Source: Candidatus Limnocylindrus sp.
Lineage (GTDB): Bacteria > Chloroflexota > Limnocylindria > Limnocylindrales > Limnocylindraceae
Assembly (NCBI GenBank): GCA_040397175.1
Contig: JBBAWM010000003.1
Coordinates: 64,001 to 128,000, forward strand
Length of the DNA stretch: 64,000 nucleotides
Direction of reading: 5' to 3'
Made by a program: the position numbers and the translations under genes. The notes under the pieces were generated by a model. That model ran no database searches. It worked only from the letters and a program-made list of their open reading frames with translations, and was not told the origin of the DNA. Positions 55,638 through 64,000 of this stretch are shown here, one piece after another (position 1 is the first letter of the stretch; each line of letters starts with the position of its first letter).

Positions 55638-56560
55638 TCCGACGCCTACTCCCACTTCTCGCTGCGCTGCTGCTTGCTGGTGCGGGTTGTAACAGCAGCG
55701 GCGCATCACCTATGCCGTCATCAACTACGTATCGCGTGATGACGACCACGAGCATCTTTGCCGATTTTGCACGCCTCGCCCTCGGTGATTCCGTGCAGAT
55801 CGATTCCATCGTTCCGGCCGGAGTCGATGTGCACACCTATGAGCCATCGCCATCCGACGCAGCGAAGATCGCCGCGGCGAACCTGATCGTGATGAATGGG
55901 CTAGGACTCGACGAATGGGTGAGTTCTCTCATTGATGCGGCACACAAGGGCGCCAGTGATGTGGTGCGCCTTGGCGAGGGGCTCGACACGTCAGACGCGT
56001 GGGTTTACCTAACGTCAGCAACGCCTGGCACGTCGCACGCCGTTGACCCACATATTTGGCTTGACCCAAACGGCGCGGCACTCTACGTGCAGCGCATCGC
56101 TGATCGCGTGGCACACGATCGGCCTGAGCTGACTGATGCAATTCACGCCACATCGGCACGTGGCCTTGCGTCAATTCATGCACTCGACGTTGAGGTTGGA
56201 GCCCTGTTTGCGGCGATACCGGCAGAGAGCCGCAAGATCGTCACCTTCCATGACGCATTCGGCTATTACGCTCGTGCCTACAAGATTACGATCGTTGGTG
56301 TTGCAATTGCGTCGCCCGGTCAAGATCCGAGTGCGCGAGAGATTGCCGCGCTCATTGATGCGATTCGCGCGGCGGGAGTAACGACGGTGTTCAGTGAGAT
56401 CCAGTTCCCCTCAAAGGTGCTGACGAGCATCGCGGCCGAAACAGGCGCAACCGTGCTGGTTGATCTCTACTCCGATGCGCTTGGCGCGGCGCCTGGCGAT
56501 ACCTACCTTGGCGCAATGCGCGCAAATGCGACAGCGATCGCAGCGTCGATGCAGCGATGA
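55634..56560 (+). CDS. znuA: Zn/Mn ABC transporter substrate-binding lipoprotein
   Basis: Lipobox LAGAGC; DVHTYEP, DPHIWLDP and FHDAFGY motifs; GTGA overlap. Confidence 0.9.
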   Translation: MIRRLLPLLAALLLAGAGCNSSGASPMPSSTTYRVMTTTSIFADFARLALGDSVQIDSIVPAGVDVHTYEPSPSDAAKIAAANLIVMNGLGLDEWVSSLIDAAHKGASDVVRLGEGLDTSDAWVYLTSATPGTSHAVDPHIWLDPNGAALYVQRIADRVAHDRPELTDAIHATSARGLASIHALDVEVGALFAAIPAESRKIVTFHDAFGYYARAYKITIVGVAIASPGQDPSAREIAALIDAIRAAGVTTVFSEIQFPSKVLTSIAAETGATVLVDLYSDALGAAPGDTYLGAMRANATAIAASMQR

Positions 56561-56572
56561 GAACATGTGCGC

Positions 56573-57370
56573 ATGAGTAGTCAGCCACTCGCCATTGAAC
56601 TCGTTGACGTCACGGCCGGCTACGGTGATCGCGCGGCCGTTACCGGTGTTTCACTGAGCCTTGCGGCAGGGTCGCTCACCGCGATCTTTGGGCCAAATGG
56701 TGGCGGGAAGTCCACGCTCCTAAAGTGCATCGCTGGGCTGATGCAGCCGTGGAGTGGCAGCGTGCAGGTACTCGGATCCGCCGTTGGCGTGCACGCGAAA
56801 CGCGTGGCATATGTGCCGCAGGCTGAGCAGGTGGACTGGAGTTTCCCGGTCTCAGTTGGCGAGGTGGTGATGATGGGTCGTACGCCGGCGCTCGGGCCAC
56901 TCGGTCGACCTGGCGCAGCCGATCACGCTGCGGTTGCTGATGCGCTCGCGCGCGTTGATATGGTCGACCTTGCGCAGCGCCAAATCGGCGAACTCTCGGG
57001 TGGTCAGCGTCGCAGGGTCTTCTTGGCACGTGCGATCGCCGCCGATCCAGAGATCTATCTCCTCGACGAGCCTGTCACGGGCGTTGACCCCACGACGCAG
57101 GAGAAGATCATGAACATCCTGGACGCCGAGGCGGCGCGCGGTCGCACGGTCGTTGCCACCACGCATGATCTTGCCTGCGCCGCGCAGCGCTTCCACGATG
57201 TGGTCGCCCTCGCTGGTCGCGTCGTTGCCCACGGCCCAGCACAACTTGTACTCGATCAGGGGGTTCTAGAGAAGACCTATGGCGGCCACCTCGTGCCACT
57301 CGCCGGCGGTGGTGTGGTGCTACTCGATGACCCACACCACTCCCACGGCGCACATGAGGGCCACGAATGA
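56573..57370 (+). CDS. znuC: Metal ABC transporter ATPase
   Basis: GPNGGGKST, LSGGQ and LLDEP motifs; His-rich tail. Confidence 0.92.
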   Translation: MSSQPLAIELVDVTAGYGDRAAVTGVSLSLAAGSLTAIFGPNGGGKSTLLKCIAGLMQPWSGSVQVLGSAVGVHAKRVAYVPQAEQVDWSFPVSVGEVVMMGRTPALGPLGRPGAADHAAVADALARVDMVDLAQRQIGELSGGQRRRVFLARAIAADPEIYLLDEPVTGVDPTTQEKIMNILDAEAARGRTVVATTHDLACAAQRFHDVVALAGRVVAHGPAQLVLDQGVLEKTYGGHLVPLAGGGVVLLDDPHHSHGAHEGHE

Positions 57371-58233
57371 ACCCGCTCGATATTCTCCTTACGCCGCTCG
57401 GCTACGACTTCTTTGTTCGCGCCCTAATCGCGAGTGCGCTCGTTGGTGTCGCCTGTGCCATCGTTGGATCGTTCGTCGTACTCAAGGGGATGAGCTTCAT
57501 CGGCGACGCCGTCAGCCACGCCGCCTTCCCTGGCATCGTGATCGCCTACCTGATTGGGGCGCCGATCATCCTAGGAGGTGCGATTGCGGCCATCGGCACT
57601 GCGCTCGGCATTGGTGCAATTACGCGCCGCTCTGGGCTTCGATCCGACGCCATCATTGGTGTTCTCTTCGCCGGCATGTTCGCGCTTGGCGTTGCGATCT
57701 TCTCTTCAATCCCAAATTATGTTGGTGACCTCTTTCACTTCCTCTTCGGCGATGTGCTCGGCATTAGCGTTGGCGACCTGCTAGCGCTCACCCTGCTTGT
57801 GTTTGGTCTGCTACTTGTGCTGCGCCTCTTGTGGAAGGAGTTGCTCTTCAGCACCTTTGATCCACTCGGCGCCGGTGCAGCTGGGTTACCGGTTCGACGC
57901 CTCGACGACCTGTTACTGATCCTGATCGCCGTAACGATCGTGATCAGCCTGCAAGCGGTTGGCATCGTGCTGGTGGTTGCCATGATCACCACGCCAGCGG
58001 CAACTGCTCAACTCGTCGTGAAGCGATTCACCGCAATGATCCAGGTGGCCGCACTTATCGGCGTCTCTGCTGCGGTTGTTGGGCTGTACCTGAGTTATTC
58101 GCTCGACATCGCCTCTGGTGCAGCAATCGTCATCTTGGAGACACTGCTCTTCCTGCTGGTGCTTGCCGGTACTTCCATTCAAACTCGCCTCTCCGCCGCA
58201 AGGGGAGCCGCACGAGGCGCAGCAAAGAGCTAA
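57367..58233 (+). CDS. znuB: Metal ABC transporter permease
   Basis: GDAVSHAAFPG and LFGDVL motifs. Confidence 0.92.
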   Translation: MNPLDILLTPLGYDFFVRALIASALVGVACAIVGSFVVLKGMSFIGDAVSHAAFPGIVIAYLIGAPIILGGAIAAIGTALGIGAITRRSGLRSDAIIGVLFAGMFALGVAIFSSIPNYVGDLFHFLFGDVLGISVGDLLALTLLVFGLLLVLRLLWKELLFSTFDPLGAGAAGLPVRRLDDLLLILIAVTIVISLQAVGIVLVVAMITTPAATAQLVVKRFTAMIQVAALIGVSAAVVGLYLSYSLDIASGAAIVILETLLFLLVLAGTSIQTRLSAARGAARGAAKS

Positions 58234-58240
58234 ATCGCCG

Positions 58241-59161
58241 CTAGCGCAGTCCTGCGAACAGGTCAGACTCTGGAAGTGCCGGTGACTCGGTAAGGCGGTT
58301 TCCGATCAGTCGATACTGCTCATACGCGCCAAGATCAATGTAATCCTGCTCGGTCAACATGAGCAGTGGCCCGTCGCTCTTGATCTGCGTGGCGTGTGCT
58401 TGAATCGCGCGACGCTTTGCGGCGAGGTGTTTTGTGATGTCAACGCGCGTCGTGATCAGCTCGTCTGGGCAGGCCATTGCCGCGCGCCACTGGCGCCACT
58501 TCTCGAGCTCTTCTGGAGTCGACTCCTTTGGCTCGCTCCACCACGATTCGATGCCCCGCGATTCGAGAAGGGCCAACACCTTGTCGCGCTGTGAGTCTGG
58601 CGTGCGCACTTCGTACAGTTTCTTCGGCGTCCACGCCGGTCCAGCTTCTGGCCGCCACGCTGGATCACCAGCAACCTCCCATGCCCGACGAGCAACGCGC
58701 GCGGCGGCAATATGGTCGGGGTGGCCGTATCCACCAAAGTCGTCGTAGGTTGCGATCACGTCGGGCTGCACACGCCGAATAATGCGCACGAGGTGCTCAG
58801 CTGTGCCGTCGAGATCGTTGGTGCTGTGCTGGTGATACGAACGCGGATCCTCGTTCCCTGCGTCGCCAACCATGCCTGAGTCGCGGAAGCCGAGGTTCTC
58901 AAAGTGCGTGACGCCGAGTGCCGCCATGGCGGCGGCAATCTCGCCCATGCGGGTTTCGCCAAGGCGTTCGTGCGCTTCAGGGGTGTCCCACTCCGGAATG
59001 ACGATCTCACCGAGTTCGCCGCGGGTGCCGGTCACCACGTAGGTATCGGTGTTGGCGCTGTGGGCGGCGGCGTAGGTTGCGAGGGTTCCGCCCATGCTGA
59101 TCGTCTCGTCGTCGGGGTGGGCGTGTACCGCCATGAGAATCAGTCGGCCGCTGCTATCCAT
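58241..59161 (-). CDS. PIG-L family deacetylase (Mca/MshB-like)
   Basis: VHAHPDDE, TRGELGE, FRDSGM, GGYGHPDH and AHATQI motifs. Confidence 0.88.
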   Translation of the reverse strand: MDSSGRLILMAVHAHPDDETISMGGTLATYAAAHSANTDTYVVTGTRGELGEIVIPEWDTPEAHERLGETRMGEIAAAMAALGVTHFENLGFRDSGMVGDAGNEDPRSYHQHSTNDLDGTAEHLVRIIRRVQPDVIATYDDFGGYGHPDHIAAARVARRAWEVAGDPAWRPEAGPAWTPKKLYEVRTPDSQRDKVLALLESRGIESWWSEPKESTPEELEKWRQWRAAMACPDELITTRVDITKHLAAKRRAIQAHATQIKSDGPLLMLTEQDYIDLGAYEQYRLIGNRLTESPALPESDLFAGLR

Positions 59162-59245
59162 GCCCTGATCGTACGCGCACAGGGCGGAGTGGGTCGGCTA
59201 CCCTGACCCTACGCGGCGAGAGGCGCCGCACGAGGGAGGTGCCTG

Positions 59246-60073
59246 ATGGGAGCAACCGATCCAAAGGTCCAGCGCTGGGCACTGATCCTGGGCGCCTCAA
59301 GCGGCATCGGCGAGGCCACCGCACGCCTGGCGGCCGAAGCTGGCTACAACATCTGCGGCGTCTACCTAGGCCGTTCCCGAGGCGAGAAGCTCGATGCGGC
59401 GATCGCCGCCGTGAAGGCGACCGGCGTCGAGGCCCTCTACATCCGCGGCAATGCCGCCGACGACGAGAAGCGCGGCGAGGTCATCGTCCAGCTGGCCGAG
59501 AGGTTCGCCGCGGCCCGCGCAGCCGGCCTCACTCCACAGCTCGGGATCGTCGTGCACTCACTGGCCTTCGGCAGCCTGCAGCCATTCCTTCCAGACGGCG
59601 AGACGCCGCTCATCACCCGGAAGCAGATGGATATGACCTCTGACGTCATGGCGCACTCACTCGTCTATTGGACACAAGATCTGTACGCAGCGGGCCTTAT
59701 CGGCAACACGACCCGTATCTTCGCCACCTCTTCAGAAGGCGCCTCGAAGGCAGTGCCGATGTATGGCGCCGTCTCTGCGGCGAAGGCCGCCGTTGAAGCC
59801 CACTGCCGCCAGCTCGCGCTAGAGCTTGCGCGCCTGGTGCCAGGCGCAACCGTGACGGCACTTCGCCCAGGCGTCGTCGATACCCCGGCCCTTCGCAAGA
59901 TTCCAGGAAGCCAAGATTGGATCGACGTCGTCATGAAGAAGCATCCAGGGAAGCGGCTCACCACTCCCGACGATGTTGGCAACGCGATCGTTGCCCTCTC
60001 GGCACCAGGCATGCACTGGGTCACGGGCAACACCATCACGATTGATGGCGGCGAGCAGATCGCCGGGGGCTGA
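59246..60073 (+). CDS. SDR oxidoreductase, enoyl-ACP reductase FabL-like
   Basis: GASSGIG, YGAVSAAK and TPALRKIPG motifs. Confidence 0.82.
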   Translation: MGATDPKVQRWALILGASSGIGEATARLAAEAGYNICGVYLGRSRGEKLDAAIAAVKATGVEALYIRGNAADDEKRGEVIVQLAERFAAARAAGLTPQLGIVVHSLAFGSLQPFLPDGETPLITRKQMDMTSDVMAHSLVYWTQDLYAAGLIGNTTRIFATSSEGASKAVPMYGAVSAAKAAVEAHCRQLALELARLVPGATVTALRPGVVDTPALRKIPGSQDWIDVVMKKHPGKRLTTPDDVGNAIVALSAPGMHWVTGNTITIDGGEQIAGG

Positions 60074-60077
60074 TCCG

Positions 60078-61418
60078 TTAGAATCCCGTATCGCCGCGCC
60101 AGCGGATTCGATACGCGAGGTACCACGCAACTGGAATTGCGAAGGCCAAGATGCTCAAGATTGGGCTGCTCGTTATTAGTCGTACGAGCCCAGCGAGCAC
60201 AGCACTCAAGCCAACAAGTGATTGGCCGCCATCTGGGTACCTATGTCGCGCTAACCGCCAGGCTGGTGCCAGAAGTACCGCCGCGCCAAAGATGAGCCAT
60301 ATCGGGGCTGCAGCGACTGACACGAGGTCGACCAGCACCTCTACAAAGAGCGCTGCTATCCCCACCGCTATTACGCCGGCAACCAGTCCGATTCGCGGAA
60401 GTACTCGGCCCCGAACCGGTATTCGAGAACGAAGTGAGGAACCTCGCGCAACTTGCGAAGGGAATACAAGTAGCTGCGCAACGAGCGCACGGTTCGCCTG
60501 GACCACTAAGCGACGCTCTACAAAAGTGCGCCGCACAATAATCGTCAACAACATCAGCATCCAACCGATGTGGTGTCGAAGCAAAGTGCGCTTGATTGAG
60601 CCGATTGGAAGCTGGCTGGCTGCTACGTGCGCCGCTCCACGATGCCTTCTGCCTAGCTCGCGAACAGGCTCGCTCGTGCTCGTTGCAACTTTCACTTGAG
60701 ATAAGCCGAACGCGGTGCGGATGGCACGGATGCCGGTCGCATTGCTCTCATGCTGTCGATAGAACGCGAGCGGCTTATCGATGCGCGTCACCCCACCATA
60801 TGCAGCTCCAACAAGGGAAAACCAGTGGTCGTGAAATCTTAGTGGCTCTGGTATGGAAGGGTGAAGCTTGGTCAGTTTGGAATCAACCACCATCGTAAAA
60901 CCCGTAAGGATCGGATGAATAATGATCTCTTCAATGGTAAGTTTTGCTTTCATGATGGGGATGAATGAGTATATTGTCTCGCTCAAGACAAGATCTTCAT
61001 TGAAGATGTATGAATCTGAAGCGACGACCGACATTGGACCAGATATAGTGATCGCAGCAACACCTTCGGCAATCTTTTCAGGTAGCCAGATGTCGTCTTG
61101 ATCGGCAAATGCGATTAGGTCAACGTTTTTCTCTGTAGCGAAGGCGATAGCCTTTTCAAAGTTTCTCCTTGCGCCTAATCGCTCTTCGTTCTCGACCCAG
61201 GTGAATCGAGCATCATGAAAGAACGGCTGGAGTCTGGGATGGTCTCGGATGTCACGTAGGGGCGAATCAATAGTGATAATGCAAATCCATTCCGCGTGGG
61301 TCTGCGCGACGATTGAGTTTAGTTGCTCAGCGAACCAGGTCGGATTCGGCTGGTATGCCGCGAGTGCAATCCCTACGGTGCGCGGATCCCACGGCTCGTG
61401 TTTGCCTCGTACACCCAT
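60078..61418 (-). CDS. GT2 glycosyltransferase (rhamnosyltransferase-like) with C-terminal TMs
   Basis: FADQDDIW, HDHW and YRQHESN motifs; downstream of rfb genes. Confidence 0.85.
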   Translation of the reverse strand: MGVRGKHEPWDPRTVGIALAAYQPNPTWFAEQLNSIVAQTHAEWICIITIDSPLRDIRDHPRLQPFFHDARFTWVENEERLGARRNFEKAIAFATEKNVDLIAFADQDDIWLPEKIAEGVAAITISGPMSVVASDSYIFNEDLVLSETIYSFIPIMKAKLTIEEIIIHPILTGFTMVVDSKLTKLHPSIPEPLRFHDHWFSLVGAAYGGVTRIDKPLAFYRQHESNATGIRAIRTAFGLSQVKVATSTSEPVRELGRRHRGAAHVAASQLPIGSIKRTLLRHHIGWMLMLLTIIVRRTFVERRLVVQANRALVAQLLVFPSQVARGSSLRSRIPVRGRVLPRIGLVAGVIAVGIAALFVEVLVDLVSVAAAPIWLIFGAAVLLAPAWRLARHRYPDGGQSLVGLSAVLAGLVRLITSSPILSILAFAIPVAWYLAYRIRWRGDTGF

Positions 61419-61422
61419 GCTC

Positions 61423-61968
61423 TTAGCGCTCAGTGCTCAGGTATTCGGCAAGGGTTTGCATTGCGCGATCACGATCAGAGAGGTGCGGATGCTCAATTGG
61501 CCATGGAATTGCCAGGGTTGGGTCGTTCCAAATGATGCCCCGCTCGCCGGTGGACGAGCGGTGCTGGTCAACCTTGTACAAGACCAGGGCTGGCTCGCTC
61601 CCAACCACCGCAAACCCATGGGCGAATCCAGGGGGAACCCAGAGCGACTCGCCTCCGTCTGCGGAGAGCTCCGCCGCGACGTGCTGCCCGTAGGTTGGGG
61701 AGCCTGGACGAATGTCTGCGGCAACGTCAAAGATCCGGCCCTGGACACAACTCACGAGCTTCCCCTGCCCTGGCCCAACCTGGAAGTGAAGGCCTCGCAA
61801 AACCCCTGGGGCCGAGAGTGAAAGGTTGTCCTGCACAAATCGCACGTCGAATCCGGCATCCCGCAGGTTCGTCTCGTTATGCAACTCGGTAAACCAACCG
61901 CGAGAATCCGCAAAGCGATCGCGCGTAATCAAGAGCACTTCAGGAATGTGCATGGGTTCAATTCTCAC
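61423..61968 (-). CDS. rfbC: dTDP-4-dehydrorhamnose 3,5-epimerase
   Basis: DSRGWF, LRGLHFQ and GFAHGF motifs; GTGA overlap with rfbD. Confidence 0.95.
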   Translation of the reverse strand: MRIEPMHIPEVLLITRDRFADSRGWFTELHNETNLRDAGFDVRFVQDNLSLSAPGVLRGLHFQVGPGQGKLVSCVQGRIFDVAADIRPGSPTYGQHVAAELSADGGESLWVPPGFAHGFAVVGSEPALVLYKVDQHRSSTGERGIIWNDPTLAIPWPIEHPHLSDRDRAMQTLAEYLSTER

Positions 61969-62849
61969 GAGCGCACCGCCCGCACTGCAATCGGCAGTGA
62001 CTCTTCCCACGAACCAAGATGCAATCCCAACGCCACTGATTGGGCACAGTCAAGAACGCAATGCAGTGGCCGTTGTGCTGCGGAAATGTACGCGTCGGAA
62101 GAAATGTCTATCACTGGAACCGCACCTCTCAGCACGCCTTCGGCCACGCCAACGTCGATGATGGTTCGTGCAAATTCGGCTCGGCTTATAGCCCTCCCGC
62201 TTGCCAAGTGAATAATCCCCCCTGCAATGCTTGACGCTAGATCCGCATCTTGCGTGAGCCGTAACGTGGCTTGTGCAAGCGCTGGCGCAAAGGTGGGGCT
62301 GCCGCACTGATCAGCAACCATTGACAACGATGATTTTGTTGCAGCAAGTTGCAACACCTTGCGCACAAAGTCATTGGAGTTTCCGCCATACACCCACGAC
62401 GTACGGACGACCAGACCTCGTGGGTATGCCTCCCAAACGGCAATCTCTCCTGCTCGCTTTGACTCGCCGTATGCGTTGAGTGGTTCCGTTTGGTCACCTT
62501 CACGCCATGGCTTACCGTTGCCACTCGGAAAGACGTAATCCGTTGAGTAGTGCACAAATGGGATGCTGCGCTCCGCAGCCCATGCTGCAGCCCAGCCCGC
62601 TGCATCTCCGTTTACTGCAAATGCAAGGTCTCGCTCGCTCTCGGCGCGCTCTACATTGATGTACGCCGCTGCATTAATCAGCGCGCATGCAGGTCCCGCG
62701 TTGTTGAGCGCGCTGACGAGCTCGGAACGGACGGTAATGTTTGCTTCTCGGCGTGTGATGCCAACACCTGCGTCACCGAGTTGCGCCATAAGTGCCGAGC
62801 CCACCTGCCCAGCTGCACCGAGGACAATCGTGCGTGGGGTTCCATTCAT
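61965..62849 (-). CDS. rfbD: dTDP-4-dehydrorhamnose reductase
   Basis: GAAGQVG, STDYVF and YGESK motifs. Confidence 0.95.
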   Translation of the reverse strand: MNGTPRTIVLGAAGQVGSALMAQLGDAGVGITRREANITVRSELVSALNNAGPACALINAAAYINVERAESERDLAFAVNGDAAGWAAAWAAERSIPFVHYSTDYVFPSGNGKPWREGDQTEPLNAYGESKRAGEIAVWEAYPRGLVVRTSWVYGGNSNDFVRKVLQLAATKSSLSMVADQCGSPTFAPALAQATLRLTQDADLASSIAGGIIHLASGRAISRAEFARTIIDVGVAEGVLRGAVPVIDISSDAYISAAQRPLHCVLDCAQSVALGLHLGSWEESLPIAVRAVRS

Positions 62850-63724
62850 CTCGCGATCGCCTCCGCCACTGAACGCAGGCGCTGCGCATACGCCTCAGAT
62901 GGTGTCTGCTCCACAATGTCGAGATAGGCGTCACGATCAATGTAGCCGCGTCGATAGGCAGCGATCTCGACGTAACCAAATTCACTGGCTTGTTCGCGCG
63001 TTGCAGTTTGCACTGCAATCGCAGCGGAAACAAGAGCATCTGGTGTTCCAGCGTCAATCCACTGCACATCTTCTGAAATCACGACGTGGCGCAACTGACT
63101 GGCCTGCAGGTACGCCGCATTGATGTCGGTAATTTCGAGCTCGTTGCGCGCGGAGCGTGGCAGTTGCTCGGCAATTGATACGACGTCCGGGCCATAGGTA
63201 TAGAGCCCGGTGATGGCGAGTCTGGACCGTGGCGCTACGGGTTTTTCAACGATCGACATGATGGCTCCATCTGGGCCAATTTCGGCAACGCCAAAACGCT
63301 CAGGGTCGGGCACCTCCTTCAGGTAGATCTGAGCGCCTCCCGAAAAGGTTGCGAGGTTTTCCGCAATTCTGACGCTCATCTTTTCGCCAATGAACATGTT
63401 GTCACCAAGAATCAGGGTGACCGGCTGATCTCCAATGAACTCCTTGCCGATCAGAAAGGCCTCGGCAATTCCGCCCGGATTCGGCTGCTCCGCATACGTG
63501 AGCGTGAGGCCAAGGTGGGCTCCGTCCCCCAGGAGAGCCTGGATGGCAGGCAGGTCGCGTGGGGTGCTAACGATCAGGATCTCGCGGATGCCGCCGGTCA
63601 CGAGGGTCCAGATTGGGTAGTAGATCATCGGCTTGTCGTACACGGCGAGGAGCTGCTTGCTTACGCTCTTCGTGGCTGGGTAGAGGCGACTCCCACCACC
63701 GCCGGCGAGCACGATCCCTCTCAT
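62846..63724 (-). CDS. rfbA: Glucose-1-phosphate thymidylyltransferase
   Basis: LAGGGGSRLYP, SKQLLAVYDKP and ELEITD motifs. Confidence 0.96.
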   Translation of the reverse strand: MRGIVLAGGGGSRLYPATKSVSKQLLAVYDKPMIYYPIWTLVTGGIREILIVSTPRDLPAIQALLGDGAHLGLTLTYAEQPNPGGIAEAFLIGKEFIGDQPVTLILGDNMFIGEKMSVRIAENLATFSGGAQIYLKEVPDPERFGVAEIGPDGAIMSIVEKPVAPRSRLAITGLYTYGPDVVSIAEQLPRSARNELEITDINAAYLQASQLRHVVISEDVQWIDAGTPDALVSAAIAVQTATREQASEFGYVEIAAYRRGYIDRDAYLDIVEQTPSEAYAQRLRSVAEAIAR

Positions 63725-63999
63725 GCATTCACCGCAGCAGATCCCTGCGCGCGAACACGCTCCACGTGCCAGATCACCGTAGCCTTAAGTGCCTCAGCGA
63801 ACTGATGCTGTGGAGCGTAGCCAAGCTCGCTCTCAGCCCGCGCACCATCAATCGCATATCGATAGTCATGTCCGAGGCGATCCGCCACAAACTTGATCTG
63901 CGACGCGTACGACGCGCCGTCGCTTCGTGGCGCAACCTCGTCGAGAATCTGACAAATCTCGCGAGCGAGCGCAAGATTGGAACGTTCGTTTCCTCCGCC
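63721..63999 (-). CDS. rfbB: dTDP-glucose 4,6-dehydratase, C-terminal fragment (truncated by window)
   Basis: Manual translation GGGNERSN...IKFVADRLGHDYRYAID...ELGY; ATGA overlap with rfbA. Confidence 0.92.
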   Translation of the reverse strand, partial: GGGNERSNLALAREICQILDEVAPRSDGASYASQIKFVADRLGHDYRYAIDGARAESELGYAPQHQFAEALKATVIWHVERVRAQGSAAVNA

Positions 64000-64000
64000 G

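Noticed and set aside
1-64000. CRISPR arrays, IS elements, prophage, retron/RT or defence systems; the many long overlapping ORFs
   Set aside because: No repeat-spacer arrays, transposase, RT or phage genes were recognised; overlapping ORFs are typical high-GC shadow frames

Overview
GC-rich, densely packed bacterial chromosome segment with no phage, transposase, integrase or CRISPR array. Gene content and GAAC-N4-GTTC SOS boxes suggest a streamlined Chloroflexota, possibly Limnocylindria-like (inference). It holds about 65 CDS and two tRNAs (Thr-CGT, Glu-TTC). Core content: nhaA, trpB2, a malic enzyme-pntA1A2B operon, an OmpR/HK/HtrA module, folC plus a folP-folB fusion, a PASTA kinase, galU, argS, a one-carbon folate cluster (formiminotransferase, fhs, folD, fchA), rplI-dinB, an ECF sigma/anti-sigma pair, lexA, dnaB, dsbA-vkor, zur-znuACB, an Mca/MshB-like deacetylase, a FabL-like SDR and part of an rfb (dTDP-rhamnose) cluster. 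Most notable observations: (1) a nucleoside hydrolase coupled to an NdmA-like Rieske N-demethylase, beside an MFS transporter and a regulator, a candidate pathway for methylated nucleosides; (2) an SOS cassette with a stand-alone DUF6504/ImuB-C-like gene under two LexA boxes and a dinB that can only start at a non-canonical codon overlapping the rplI stop; (3) a FolD lacking the cyclohydrolase lysine, flanked by fchA and fhs; (4) a ~170-nt structured, possibly 6S-like RNA after argS; (5) more than 20 genes with a -10-like hexamer 6-7 nt before the start codon, implying pervasive leaderless mRNAs. All family calls come from motif recognition by eye, not database searches.
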